A DNA stretch of 64,000 nucleotides from NCBI GenBank assembly GCA_963675745.2, contig CAXXWX010000013.1, forward strand, positions 32,001 through 96,000, written 5' to 3'. A program made the translations under genes and the position numbers. Source of the stretch: Phycisphaerae bacterium (GTDB lineage Bacteria; Planctomycetota; Phycisphaerae; UBA1845; Fen-1342). The stretch's first letter is position 1. Every line of letters begins with the position of its first letter. Below, piece after piece: positions 1 through 9,347 of the stretch. Under the pieces are notes generated by a model that saw only the letters and a program-made list of their open reading frames with translations, searched no databases and had not been told where the DNA came from.

Positions 1-152
1 CACGCATTGTATTGACGCGGGGTGGGGCGTGTCAAAAGAGCGGCTGATGGTGCTCAGGCGGCGTTGTGATCCGCTTGCCACAAGCGCCCCGGCTTGCCAG
101 ACTACGCGAGTTCCGAATCCCCGAGCGGGCAAAAGGCCCAAAGGCTGCCGCA

Positions 153-836
153 ATGGAGCTGAATCCCAAGAAGCATCAACGACTGCCGGATGGTCGCGTG
201 CGGCTGCGTCCCGGACACGGCAAGATTGCCACGGGCATCGGTTTGCTGATCTTCGCCGCGTTCTGGCTCGGCGTCTCGGGCACGATGTTCGTGTTGTTTC
301 TTGGCGAGGGTGGCCTGAGCTTCCCGCTGGTGTTCATCGGGCTGTTCGTCGTGATCGGCGTGGCCGTTTTGATCGGCGGCATAGTTGTGATTGTCAGCGG
401 CGTGCTGGTCGGCCAGAAGATCGCGCCGGCCGATATCACCGTCAGCCGCTTGCCGCTGCGCCTGGGTGAGCGTTTCACCCTCGAGTACGATCAGCCGGTA
501 AAACAACGCTGCGAAATAGACCATGTCACGCTGACGCTGGTGTGCAAGGAGTGGGTCCGCTACACCGTGGGCACCGACACCCGAACCGCCGAACACGAGG
601 TGCTCTCGCAAGAGCAGCCGCTGATGACCGGCGGTGAGATCGAAGCGCTCGGGAGTCTGCGGGCCCAGGCCGAGCTGGCAGTCCCCGCCGAGGCGATGCA
701 CTCGTTCGACGCAACCAATAACAAGGTATCGTGGCTGGTGAAGATCAGGACCGCGATCAAGTCCTGGCCCGACTATACCGCCGAATTTCCGCTCCTGGTT
801 GAGCCGCGTCTGATGCCGGAGGAGAGCACACCATGA
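153..836 (+). CDS. Membrane protein with 2 TM helices and a C-terminal arrestin-N/SpoOM-like beta-sandwich
   Basis: ORF 66..836, likely ATG at 153. Two hydrophobic helices, then 'VTLTLVCKEW...PAEAMHSFDATNNKVSWLVKIR', typical of arrestin-like/SpoOM folds. Confidence 0.55.
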   Translation: MELNPKKHQRLPDGRVRLRPGHGKIATGIGLLIFAAFWLGVSGTMFVLFLGEGGLSFPLVFIGLFVVIGVAVLIGGIVVIVSGVLVGQKIAPADITVSRLPLRLGERFTLEYDQPVKQRCEIDHVTLTLVCKEWVRYTVGTDTRTAEHEVLSQEQPLMTGGEIEALGSLRAQAELAVPAEAMHSFDATNNKVSWLVKIRTAIKSWPDYTAEFPLLVEPRLMPEESTP

Positions 837-1240
837 GCGCCGGCCTCGAGCTCCATCTGGACGCCGGACCGTGGCCCGGCGAGCAGTACGCACGCGCCTG
901 GCCCGTCGGCGGACGCATCAGCGGAAACATCCGCGTGGTCTCGACGGACGAGACGCGCGCCCGCGGCGTACGCGTTGACCTCTCCTGGAAGACCGAGGGC
1001 CGCGGCAACGTTGACAACAGCCGTGTGGTCAAAGAGGTTCTGCACGAGGGGCATATCACCGCCGGCAGCGACTTCAAGCTGCCATTCGAGCTGCTGGTTC
1101 CGGCCGACGGACCAATTACCTATGACGGCCACTACATCAACATCCGCTGGGAAGTGGCGGCGGTCGTCGATATCCCGTGGGGGCGGGATACTGTCGAACG
1201 TCAGACCGTCATGATTTTGCCGACCTACGAGACTGCGTAG
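833..1240 (+). CDS. Soluble arrestin-N/SpoOM-like protein
   Basis: ATGA overlap with the upstream gene. Motifs 'LSWKTEGRG' and 'FELLVPADGPITYDGHYINIRWEV'. Confidence 0.6.
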   Translation: MSAGLELHLDAGPWPGEQYARAWPVGGRISGNIRVVSTDETRARGVRVDLSWKTEGRGNVDNSRVVKEVLHEGHITAGSDFKLPFELLVPADGPITYDGHYINIRWEVAAVVDIPWGRDTVERQTVMILPTYETA

Positions 1241-1974
1241 TTGACCGCTCGCGCCGCCGATTCGACATCCTCAGCCGTGATCCGCCGGGTGAGTTGGCCG
1301 CTCTCGGCCGCTGACTGGTAGACCTCGTACAGTAATTCCTCGACCGTGCGCAGGTTGCCTGTGGCATAACGCTGAAGCAGTTCAACGGCCTGGGCCGAGG
1401 TTGCGGGGCCGGCGTCAGGGATCAACGCGGCGGCCTCGACGCGCCGCTCGATGAAACGCCGCAAGTTGCCCGCATCCACCGCCCGCAGCTCTATGCTCCG
1501 GCACGACACGCCGCTCGCGTCGCACATGGGCCTGAGCGAGACATGCGTTCCGACAACCAGGCGGAATCGACCTTGTCCCGCGCTGGTAACAATGCGCGCC
1601 TGCTGGCGCTGCGAAATACGTTGAGCCTCGTCGATGCACCAGACGTCACACGCCGGCGGCCAGGCCACACGTGTTGCGTCGGGTGGCACGTAAGTTGAGT
1701 GCCACTGCCAATCGCTCCGCTGCGCGCCCACGTGTCGCAGAACGTCCAGGTGCGTGGATTTGCCCCAACCCCGCTCACCGACGATCTCGATCACCGCCGT
1801 GTCACTGGCGAGCCACTCCGCGGCGCGTTCCAACAACGCCGGCTCGATCAGTGTTTGCACGAGTTCGCCGGGTTCGAGCACGCGAAACGGGTTGGCGCGC
1901 AGTCCGATGTCGGGGAATCGACGGCCGCGCGGGGCCGGCGGCCGACAGGCGAGATTACTCGCGCTTGCTTTCAT
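1225..1974 (-). CDS. Small P-loop (AAA-like) ATPase
   Basis: Walker A GERGWGKS, Walker B WCIDEAQ, N-terminal 'GLRANPF' and 'TGNLR'. ATG at 1974 overlaps the upstream gene end. Confidence 0.65.
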   Translation of the reverse strand: MKASASNLACRPPAPRGRRFPDIGLRANPFRVLEPGELVQTLIEPALLERAAEWLASDTAVIEIVGERGWGKSTHLDVLRHVGAQRSDWQWHSTYVPPDATRVAWPPACDVWCIDEAQRISQRQQARIVTSAGQGRFRLVVGTHVSLRPMCDASGVSCRSIELRAVDAGNLRRFIERRVEAAALIPDAGPATSAQAVELLQRYATGNLRTVEELLYEVYQSAAESGQLTRRITAEDVESAARAVNYAVS

Positions 1975-2989
1975 ACTGCTCCAGCGTCTGCATCCGTTCG
2001 CGTTTGGCGGCTTCGTCCTCGGTGAGCGCGACCGCCTGTCGTTGATATCTGATGGCCTCGTCAATCTTCCCGTTGGCCACCAACGCACGGGCGTGCAGCT
2101 CGAGCAAAGGCGGTCCCTTCCGGGCGCTCGCCGCACAGGCCGCAGTCGTCAGTTTCAAAGCAAACGCATCGTCGCGCCTGGGCAATCGACTTTTGCCAAG
2201 GAGCATGTCGGCGAATCGCGCCAGCAGCCGCGCGTCGCGCCCGGCGGCGGCGATAAACTCGTCCCGCGCAACGCTTAGCTCAGACTCATCCGCCCCGGCG
2301 CTCAGCAGCTTGAGGTATTCATTACCCTTCCGGCCGGCCGGTGTCACACGCTCGCGCTGCGGGGGACGTTGGTCAAACATCCTGCGCCGCGAATCGCTCT
2401 GTGCGGCCTGGCGCTTCTCCCACAGCGCGCGTGCCTCGTCCACGCCGAACTTGTCGGCCAGCACCAGGTCGAGCACCTGCTCGATACCGTCCGGCGGGTT
2501 CAGCGGATTGGCGTGCCAGATGATGCGGCCCTGTTTGTCGATGACAAAAGCGTGTGGAATGCCGCCCTGGCCGAACGCTCTCATATACGCCATGGTGGTT
2601 TGCTGCGCGCGATCGCAAGCGATCGTGTAGCCCATCTTGTCGCCCGCCGTCTTCACAAACTCGCGGACCTTGTTGGCCGGCTCTGCGGATATGCCGATGA
2701 CGACCACGCCCTGGTCCTTGTACTTCCGTTGCAGCTCAGTCAGGTGTGGGATGCTTCGGCGGCAGGGGGCACACCATGTGGCCCAGAACTCGATCACGTA
2801 TACGTGTTTACCCTTGCCTACCGACAATTCAACCGGACTACCCTTGATCCACTCGGCAATCTGAAGTGGTTCCGCGGGTACGCCGAGTTCGCGCGCGCTT
2901 GCCGTGGCAACCGTCGGTAACAGCATGATCAACATAAGCACGCAGTGCTTCGGCAACACTCTTGCTCTCCCGGTGGTACATGTCGCCAC
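1955..2989 (-). CDS. Exported TlpA/ResA-family thiol-disulfide oxidoreductase with C-terminal TPR-like helices
   Basis: 'EFWATWCAPC', 'GIPHAFVIDKQG', signal peptide and helical C-terminus. Start is approximate. Confidence 0.85.
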   Translation of the reverse strand: MATCTTGRARVLPKHCVLMLIMLLPTVATASARELGVPAEPLQIAEWIKGSPVELSVGKGKHVYVIEFWATWCAPCRRSIPHLTELQRKYKDQGVVVIGISAEPANKVREFVKTAGDKMGYTIACDRAQQTTMAYMRAFGQGGIPHAFVIDKQGRIIWHANPLNPPDGIEQVLDLVLADKFGVDEARALWEKRQAAQSDSRRRMFDQRPPQRERVTPAGRKGNEYLKLLSAGADESELSVARDEFIAAAGRDARLLARFADMLLGKSRLPRRDDAFALKLTTAACAASARKGPPLLELHARALVANGKIDEAIRYQRQAVALTEDEAAKRERMQTLEQYESKRE

Positions 2990-3162
2990 CAAGCTCCGCT
3001 CGGGCGCATTCTCATACTCTAGCAAACCACGCCGTAAACGCGAAACCTTGATAGCGCCGTCCCGTTCCCCGTTGCCGGCTGGCCTGCTAGAATCCGGCCA
3101 TCGGGCCGACGGCAGTTCTCGCCGGCGGTAACTTCTGTAGCGCGTGATCCTGAGGCAGGTAG

Positions 3163-4359
3163 ATGAGTGACGATAGTCAACCCCGGCGCTATTTCGACAA
3201 CGCGGCCACCTCATTTCCCAAGCCGCCGGGCGTGGTGGAAGCCGTCTGCGACTACATGGTCAACGTCGGGGCCAGCGCGGGCCGCGGTGCATATCGCGAG
3301 GCCGTCGAGTCACGGCGGATGCTCGATGAGTGCCGTGACGCGATCCGCACGCTGTTCAACGCTACTCCCGACGACGATGTCGTTTTCACGCTCAATGGCA
3401 CCGACGCGCTGAACACGGCGATCAAGGGCATCGTCAAGCCCGGCGACCACGTCGTCACCACGGCGATGGACCACAACTCGGTTTTGCGCCCGCTGACAAC
3501 GCTGCGCGAGCGTGGTGTTATCGACTATAGCGTCGTGCCGGTTGATCCTGATACGACGCTGCTTACGCCGGATGAACTCGTCGCCGCGCTGCGCGACAAC
3601 ACGACGCTCGTCGCGCTGAATCACGCGAGCAACGTGACCGGCGCCCTGCAACCCGTCGAGCAGATCGCGGAATTATGCCACGCGCGCGGCGTGAAGCTCC
3701 TGGTGGACGCCGCCCAGTCGGCCGGCCACGTCGCGACTGACTTCTCCACGACGCCGATCGATCTGCTGGCCTGCCCCGGCCACAAGGGATTGTTGGGACC
3801 GCTGGGTACCGGCGTGTTGCTGATTCGCGCCGGCGTGGGGCAACTGATGGCTACGTCGCGCGAGGGTGGTACGGGTTCCCACAGTGAGCTGGTGGCGCAG
3901 CCGGAGATGTTGCCGGATCGATTCGAAGCCGGCAGCCACAATGCCGCGGGTATCGCGGGGCTTCTGGTCGGGGTGCGCTGGTTGTTGGCGCGCGGAATTG
4001 ATGATGTGCGCGCGCAAGAAATGGAGTTGATCCAGCGCGTGCTCGATGGTCTGTCGGCTTGTCCCGGATTACGTTGTCTCGGGCCGCGCGCGCCGCAAGA
4101 CCATGTCGGTGTTTTTAGCGTTACCCTCGAGGGGTTCGAACCCGTCGAGCTTTCCGCGCTGCTCGAACAGGAATTCGGTCTGTTGACGCGCAGCGGCCTG
4201 CACTGCGCGCCTCTGGCGCACCAGGCGCTGGGTACCTACGAGACCGGCGGCACCACGCGTCTGTCGACCGGCGTGTTCACCACCAGCGAGGATGTCGATA
4301 CCGTCATCGACGCGCTCTACGAAATCGCCCGGCACGCCGAGCGTGTGCTGGATGACTGA
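3163..4359 (+). CDS. Aminotransferase class V / cysteine desulfurase family
   Basis: 'YFDNAATSFPKP', 'DAAQSAG', PLP lysine 'GHKGLLGP', catalytic 'RSGLHCAP'. Confidence 0.92.
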   Translation: MSDDSQPRRYFDNAATSFPKPPGVVEAVCDYMVNVGASAGRGAYREAVESRRMLDECRDAIRTLFNATPDDDVVFTLNGTDALNTAIKGIVKPGDHVVTTAMDHNSVLRPLTTLRERGVIDYSVVPVDPDTTLLTPDELVAALRDNTTLVALNHASNVTGALQPVEQIAELCHARGVKLLVDAAQSAGHVATDFSTTPIDLLACPGHKGLLGPLGTGVLLIRAGVGQLMATSREGGTGSHSELVAQPEMLPDRFEAGSHNAAGIAGLLVGVRWLLARGIDDVRAQEMELIQRVLDGLSACPGLRCLGPRAPQDHVGVFSVTLEGFEPVELSALLEQEFGLLTRSGLHCAPLAHQALGTYETGGTTRLSTGVFTTSEDVDTVIDALYEIARHAERVLDD

Positions 4360-4554
4360 CCGATTCAACAAACCTTCCCGTCCCCTTCGTGTCTTTGACA
4401 ATTGCAGTCCCACGAACCGAACCGGCACGTATCCGGCGATCGGGATTGTGCCGCCGCGCGGCGTCCCGGTCCTTGATCCGACGCGGCGTGCGTGCATAAT
4501 CCCCGTTCCGCACAGTTGAACCAGGCGGGAACCCAGGAGGCAGTCGCAGATAGC

Positions 4555-6204
4555 ATGAACCACGCTCCCACGCACGCGCGGCAGTTTCGTCGGCTTCACC
4601 TTACCTTCACAATCGCGACCCTCGCGGCCTTGCTCGGCGGCTGCGGCCCGGGCGGGCCCATCAGGGTGCGACTCCAGCCGGAAGTTGAGCGGCCGGCGCG
4701 CGGCGCGGTCATTCTGCTCTGCGACGGACTCGACCCCGATCTGGTCAGGCGCGGCTGTGAGGAAGGCTGGCTGCCAAACATCAAGCAGCGCTTCGCCGAC
4801 GGCGGAACCGAGGTCCGCAACGCGATAACGTGTGTACCGTCCATCACCTACGCGGCGATCACAACCATGTTGACCGGGACCACGCCGGCGCAGCATGGGA
4901 TTACCGGTATCTACTGGTTCGACCGGCGGCAACGTCGCTTTCGCCGGTATGACACTGCGCGCACATACCGGTACAACAACCGCGATCTGCCGTCTGACAT
5001 TCACACGTTCGGCGAGCACCTGCGGCCCGAGGCGTCCGCCAGCGTGCAAAACGCGCTGACCCGCGGCGTCACGGCCAATTTCGCCAACTGGGCCCCCTCG
5101 GGTGTCAGGTGGCTCTTCCACAACTATACCAGCGTCGACAAGATGACCGCATCGACGCTCGGCGACATCGCGCGCTGGGCCAATTGGCACGATCGATGGC
5201 CCGCCGGCGTCACGTTGTATTTCCCCGCCGTCGATGCCGTCGGGCACCAGCATGGCGTGAGCTCGCCGGAGTACTCGGCGGCGGTCGCGCACCTGGATTA
5301 CCAGCTCGGCCGGGTTTGTGACTGGTTGGAGCGCGAGGGACTGCTCGGCACGACCGTCATGGCGTTGGTCAGCGACCACGGGATGGTCGACATTCGACCG
5401 GACGGGTACATAGACCTGGTTGCGCTGGTGCGTGACGCGTGGGGCCGTCACGTCACCGATCAGTGTTTCCAGGACGGGCCGCGCGACTGGCGCGCCAGGC
5501 ACTACGACCGGTTTGACACGGTGGTGTTGCACCACACCGGACGGCGCGGTGCCGTGTATTTCGCCGGGCCGAATGGGTGGGACGATGATCCGAGCCCGGA
5601 GGCGATTGCCGAGATACTGACCGCGCCGCCGGCGCAACAGCGCATCTGGAATGTGCCCGGTATTCAGCTCGTTGCATATCGCACCTCGGATACGCGTGTC
5701 GTGCTGCGTTCGTCGCGTGGCGCCGCGCGCATCGAAGAGAGCACAGGCCCGTCCGGGTCGCTGTTCCGCTACGTTCCCGAACCGGACGATGTGCTGGGCT
5801 ACATGGCCGATGCGGATGTGGCCGCGTTCGTTTCCGCCGGGCCACACGACGACCGCGCCTGGCTGGCCGCCACCGCCGACCAGCAGATTCCCGATGTCGT
5901 GCCGCAGTTGGGGCCTTTGCTGAACACCTCGCGGGTAGGTGACGTGCTGATTTTCCCCGAGCCGGGGTATTCGTTCTCCAGGCAGGCCGGCGGTCACGGG
6001 GGGGTGGACCGCGGAGAAATGCGCGCCACGCTGTATTTTGCCGGGCCGGGAATCGAGCGCGGTGGTATCATCGAGCACGGTCGCTTGCTGGACCTGACGC
6101 CCACGTTGCTGGCCTGGCTGGGTGTCGATGCGGATCAGCAACCGGTGATGGTGGCGGGCGTGCCGCTCCTGGAACAGGACACCCAGAGCGTATTTGGCAG
6201 ATGA
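4555..6204 (+). CDS. Alkaline-phosphatase superfamily (nucleotide pyrophosphatase/phosphodiesterase) lipoprotein
   Basis: Lipobox LLGG-C; 'DGL', 'PSITY', 'DAVGH', 'SDHG', 'GGHG' metal-binding and nucleophile motifs. Confidence 0.85.
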   Translation: MNHAPTHARQFRRLHLTFTIATLAALLGGCGPGGPIRVRLQPEVERPARGAVILLCDGLDPDLVRRGCEEGWLPNIKQRFADGGTEVRNAITCVPSITYAAITTMLTGTTPAQHGITGIYWFDRRQRRFRRYDTARTYRYNNRDLPSDIHTFGEHLRPEASASVQNALTRGVTANFANWAPSGVRWLFHNYTSVDKMTASTLGDIARWANWHDRWPAGVTLYFPAVDAVGHQHGVSSPEYSAAVAHLDYQLGRVCDWLEREGLLGTTVMALVSDHGMVDIRPDGYIDLVALVRDAWGRHVTDQCFQDGPRDWRARHYDRFDTVVLHHTGRRGAVYFAGPNGWDDDPSPEAIAEILTAPPAQQRIWNVPGIQLVAYRTSDTRVVLRSSRGAARIEESTGPSGSLFRYVPEPDDVLGYMADADVAAFVSAGPHDDRAWLAATADQQIPDVVPQLGPLLNTSRVGDVLIFPEPGYSFSRQAGGHGGVDRGEMRATLYFAGPGIERGGIIEHGRLLDLTPTLLAWLGVDADQQPVMVAGVPLLEQDTQSVFGR

Positions 6205-7352
6205 CGGCGCGAATCGTGGCTGCAATCGTCGTGCTCCTGGCGGGTATCGCCGTCATGACGCTCAGCGGCCTGATCACGGAGCGCTCAGAGACGCCCACGG
6301 AGAACCCACAGCCCTCGAATGTCCCCGCAGCGAATCAGTCTGTGGATGCTCTTCCTGACGACCCGGCACCGTCGCCGCCGCCCGCCGCGGCGCCCGTTGA
6401 ATACCGGGGGCTGGCGATTCAGATCCACACCAACTACCGCGCTATCGAGACGTTTACGCCGCTGATCAACGAAATCGCTGAGACCGGTGCCAACATGCTC
6501 CTGATCGCGACGGCCGGCTGGATGGAGCACGCCGATTCCCAGGGCATCTACATCGAGCATCGCAAAACACCCAGTCGCGACGATATGCTGACGCTCATCC
6601 GGACCGCGCGCGAGGCGGGGCTCGACGTGTTCGTGATGCCCATCGTACTGCTGGCCCATCCGCGCGGCCGCGAATGGCGTGGCGTAATCGAACCGCCGTC
6701 CTGGGAGCTGTGGTGGCGGGAATATCGCGACTTCATCGTCTACTTCGCCGACCTGGCGCGCGAGGGGCAAGCGCGCGGTCTGATCCTCGGCTCCGAACTC
6801 GTCAAGACCGAGACGCAGACGGCCGAGTGGGTGGCGACCATTGAGCTGGTGCGCGCACGGTTTCCCGAGGGAATGCTGGGCTACTCGGCCAACTGGGATA
6901 CCTACGAGACCGTCCAGTTCTGGGACAAGCTCGATTTTGTCGGCATGACGAGCTACTTCAAGCTGGCCGACCATGAAAACCCGACCGTCGCGGAACTCGT
7001 CGAAAACTGGCGCCCGATTCACCAAGAGGTCGGCGCGTGGATTCAGCGTATTGATCGCCCCCTGGTCCTCACCGAAGTGGGTTGGTGCAGCCAGGAAGGG
7101 GCCGCGATTACGCCGTGGAACTACTTCCGCAATCAGAAGGCCACCCCCGCCGGACACGCCGAACAACGTAATCTCTACGAGGCTTTCCTGGAAGTCTGGG
7201 ACGCTACGCCGGGGTTGGTCGGCGTGATCTGGTGGGAGTGGAAGCCTGGCGAAGGTGGCCCGGGCGACTTTGGCTACACGCCCAAGGACAAGCCCGCCGA
7301 GGATGTCCTGCGCCGCTGGTTTGCCGGTGCCCGAGTGGCCGGCGACGACTGA
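6201..7352 (+). CDS. Glycoside hydrolase family 113-like TIM-barrel protein, membrane-anchored
   Basis: 'WRGVIEP', 'GSEL', 'YSANWD', 'TEVGW', 'WWEW'. ATGA overlap with the upstream gene. Confidence 0.8.
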   Translation: MTARIVAAIVVLLAGIAVMTLSGLITERSETPTENPQPSNVPAANQSVDALPDDPAPSPPPAAAPVEYRGLAIQIHTNYRAIETFTPLINEIAETGANMLLIATAGWMEHADSQGIYIEHRKTPSRDDMLTLIRTAREAGLDVFVMPIVLLAHPRGREWRGVIEPPSWELWWREYRDFIVYFADLAREGQARGLILGSELVKTETQTAEWVATIELVRARFPEGMLGYSANWDTYETVQFWDKLDFVGMTSYFKLADHENPTVAELVENWRPIHQEVGAWIQRIDRPLVLTEVGWCSQEGAAITPWNYFRNQKATPAGHAEQRNLYEAFLEVWDATPGLVGVIWWEWKPGEGGPGDFGYTPKDKPAEDVLRRWFAGARVAGDD

Positions 7353-7380
7353 TCGGTATCCGGCCGTCGAGGAGTGCCAC

Positions 7381-8250
7381 ATGAGAATCCGCGCGTTGAT
7401 CAGATTACTGGTGCCGCTACTGGTCGCCATAGCGCACGGCTCTGCGTCGCTTGCTCAGTTGCCCGAGCAGGGCAAGCCGTTCCCCGCGTTGACCGGCAGG
7501 AGCGCGGTCAGCGACGCGACGGTCGATCTCGAAGCCCTGCGCGGCAAGGTGGTGCTGGTGGACTTCTGGGCGACCTGGTGCCCACCCTGTCGGGCCGCCG
7601 TGCCGCACCTCCGCGACATGCGCCAGCGATTCGGCGACAAGGGGCTCGAGATCATCAGCATCTCGGCCGACCGTAAGCTTGCTGATCTGACCGATTATCT
7701 CAAAAAAGAGAAGATGGACTGGTACCACATCTTCGATGAGCGCGGTCAACTGTCGCGCCGGTTCCAGATTCCGGGCTACCCGACCACGTTTGTGGTGGGG
7801 CGTGGCGGCTTGCTCGAATACATGGAAGTGGGCTTTGCGCCGCCGGGGGCCGAGCTGCGGCGTGCCATCCGCAAGGCGCTCGACGCGGAGTGGGATCCCG
7901 AAAAGCTCGCCGAGAAGGCACTGGCGGAGGGCGATGCGCTGCGCGCCGCGGGCAAATATGAGGATGCGCTGGCCACGTATCAGAGCATCCCACGGCAGTT
8001 CGGCGACACCACCAGCGCCCAACCCGCGCGCGAGCGCATCAAGAGCCTGGAAGCCAACGAGCTCAAGACGCTGGAGACGGCGCGTGCGCGACGAGCCGAG
8101 TGCTGGCGTCTGCTGAAGATCGCCCGGCAGTTGCGCGAGGCCAAGCGCTCTGAGCAGTCGCGGAAGTACTTCCGGCGAGTGATCGACGAGTTTGCGGGTC
8201 TCGAAGAAGCCGACATCGCGCGTCGCGAAATCGCGGGTCTGGCGGAGTAG
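7381..8250 (+). CDS. Exported TlpA-family redoxin with TPR-like tail
   Basis: RBS GAGGAG then ATG at 7381; signal peptide; 'VDFWATWCPPC', 'GYPTTFVV'. Confidence 0.87.
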   Translation: MRIRALIRLLVPLLVAIAHGSASLAQLPEQGKPFPALTGRSAVSDATVDLEALRGKVVLVDFWATWCPPCRAAVPHLRDMRQRFGDKGLEIISISADRKLADLTDYLKKEKMDWYHIFDERGQLSRRFQIPGYPTTFVVGRGGLLEYMEVGFAPPGAELRRAIRKALDAEWDPEKLAEKALAEGDALRAAGKYEDALATYQSIPRQFGDTTSAQPARERIKSLEANELKTLETARARRAECWRLLKIARQLREAKRSEQSRKYFRRVIDEFAGLEEADIARREIAGLAE

Positions 8251-8551
8251 GGGGGCTTGCCTGTTCAATCTGGCGCTCTGGCAGCGTAGACGCGCCGCGC
8301 GTTTCCGCCGGCGCTCCGTACATGACCACTCATGCCCATTATTATCGGGCGTATCCGCCTCAGTGCACCGGATTCGCACAAACCATCGCAGGCGGCGCGC
8401 TGTCTTACCGTATGATGTCCTTGTCGGCTGTGGGCGACATGACGCCGATCCGCGCTCGCCCGTCGCCGCGAATCGGATTATTCCGTGAATATCCGTCAGG
8501 TTCGGGACGTCAGCACAGTGGACCCGGCGAGGGATTGTGAGGGAGACTGAC

Positions 8552-8956
8552 ATGAAAGCCACATCCTATCTGCTTGCATTGACGCTGATCGTTGGTTTGC
8601 AGGCGGGTTGCGGATTCGACATCCTGCTGGAGGATCTGGAGGATCTCGATATCGTCGTGCGCGACTCCGGCGCTGGCTGGTGGGGCGGTGGCTACGCCGA
8701 CACGTACGTCTACGATGAAATTTGGTACGACGACGTGTATTACGAGGATGTGTATTACTACGACGATTATTACTACGATGACGTGTATTACGAAGACGTC
8801 TACTACGACGATCTGTACGATGATGACGTCTTTTACTACTACGATGATTATTACTATGACGACGTGTACTATGATGACTACTATTACGATGACGCGTATT
8901 ACTACGATGATGATTACTACTACTCGGATGCGTACTTCGACGAAGCGTGGTGGTAA
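8552..8956 (+). CDS. Small Tyr/Asp-rich low-complexity putative lipoprotein
   Basis: RBS GGGAG; signal MKATSYLLALTLIVGLQAG-C; C-terminal 87 aa of (D/E)DxYY-type repeats with mixed synonymous codons. Confidence 0.8.
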   Translation: MKATSYLLALTLIVGLQAGCGFDILLEDLEDLDIVVRDSGAGWWGGGYADTYVYDEIWYDDVYYEDVYYYDDYYYDDVYYEDVYYDDLYDDDVFYYYDDYYYDDVYYDDYYYDDAYYYDDDYYYSDAYFDEAWW

Positions 8957-9043
8957 GCCGCCACGCCGTCGCGCGCAGGTCACCCCCGCCACGGGGCCGT
9001 GACATTTGCGGTGGGAGTGCCGCGCTCGTCGTCTCCGAGTCCT

Positions 9044-9226
9044 ATGCCCCGCAGGGGCATCTGAATATAGCCCAGCACGCAGTGCTGGGTTTGGATCACG
9101 TACCTGGCTACCGAGTCCCGCAGGGACGGCTGAAGGCTCAGCCGTCCCTGCGGGACTCGGTTTTTGCATGGCCGCAACTGCCGCAGCACTGCGTGCTGGG
9201 CTACGTTCATTGCGTCCCTGCGGGAC
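9044..9226. repeat. Nested-palindrome REP/MITE-like element
   Basis: Perfect 23-bp inverted repeat 9111-9133/9138-9160. Outer inverted pair 9068-9087/9184-9203. Internal GTCCCGCAGGGAC-type hairpins. Confidence 0.8.
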
Positions 9227-9347
9227 GGCGTGGCTACGATTCGCCGATTGTGTTACGGCCGCCATTGCCGGCATTCGCCGGTCTGTTGTGAACCAGCCCG
9301 CTCCGCTATAGTGCGCGCTTTCGATCGCGCATTGTGATTCGGCGTAT

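Noticed and set aside
4069..6225. 718-aa antisense ORF and the many other long shadow ORFs (e.g. 32724..34274, 17132..18277, 10777..12039)
   Set aside because: They overlap well-supported genes, lack motifs, and are expected in high-GC DNA with few off-frame stops.
1955..8250. Selenoprotein recoding near the cysteine desulfurase and redoxins
   Set aside because: Both redoxins have ordinary CxxC motifs and no in-frame TGA at catalytic positions.
8404..8418. Shared 15-mer CTTACCGTATGRTGT with ~29914 as a regulator site
   Set aside because: Only two copies, not palindromic, and it may simply include a -10 element; not enough support.
8720..8930. Non-coding microsatellite or CRISPR-like repeat
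   Set aside because: Variation is at synonymous positions of Tyr/Asp codons in one open frame behind a signal peptide, so it is a protein-level repeat.
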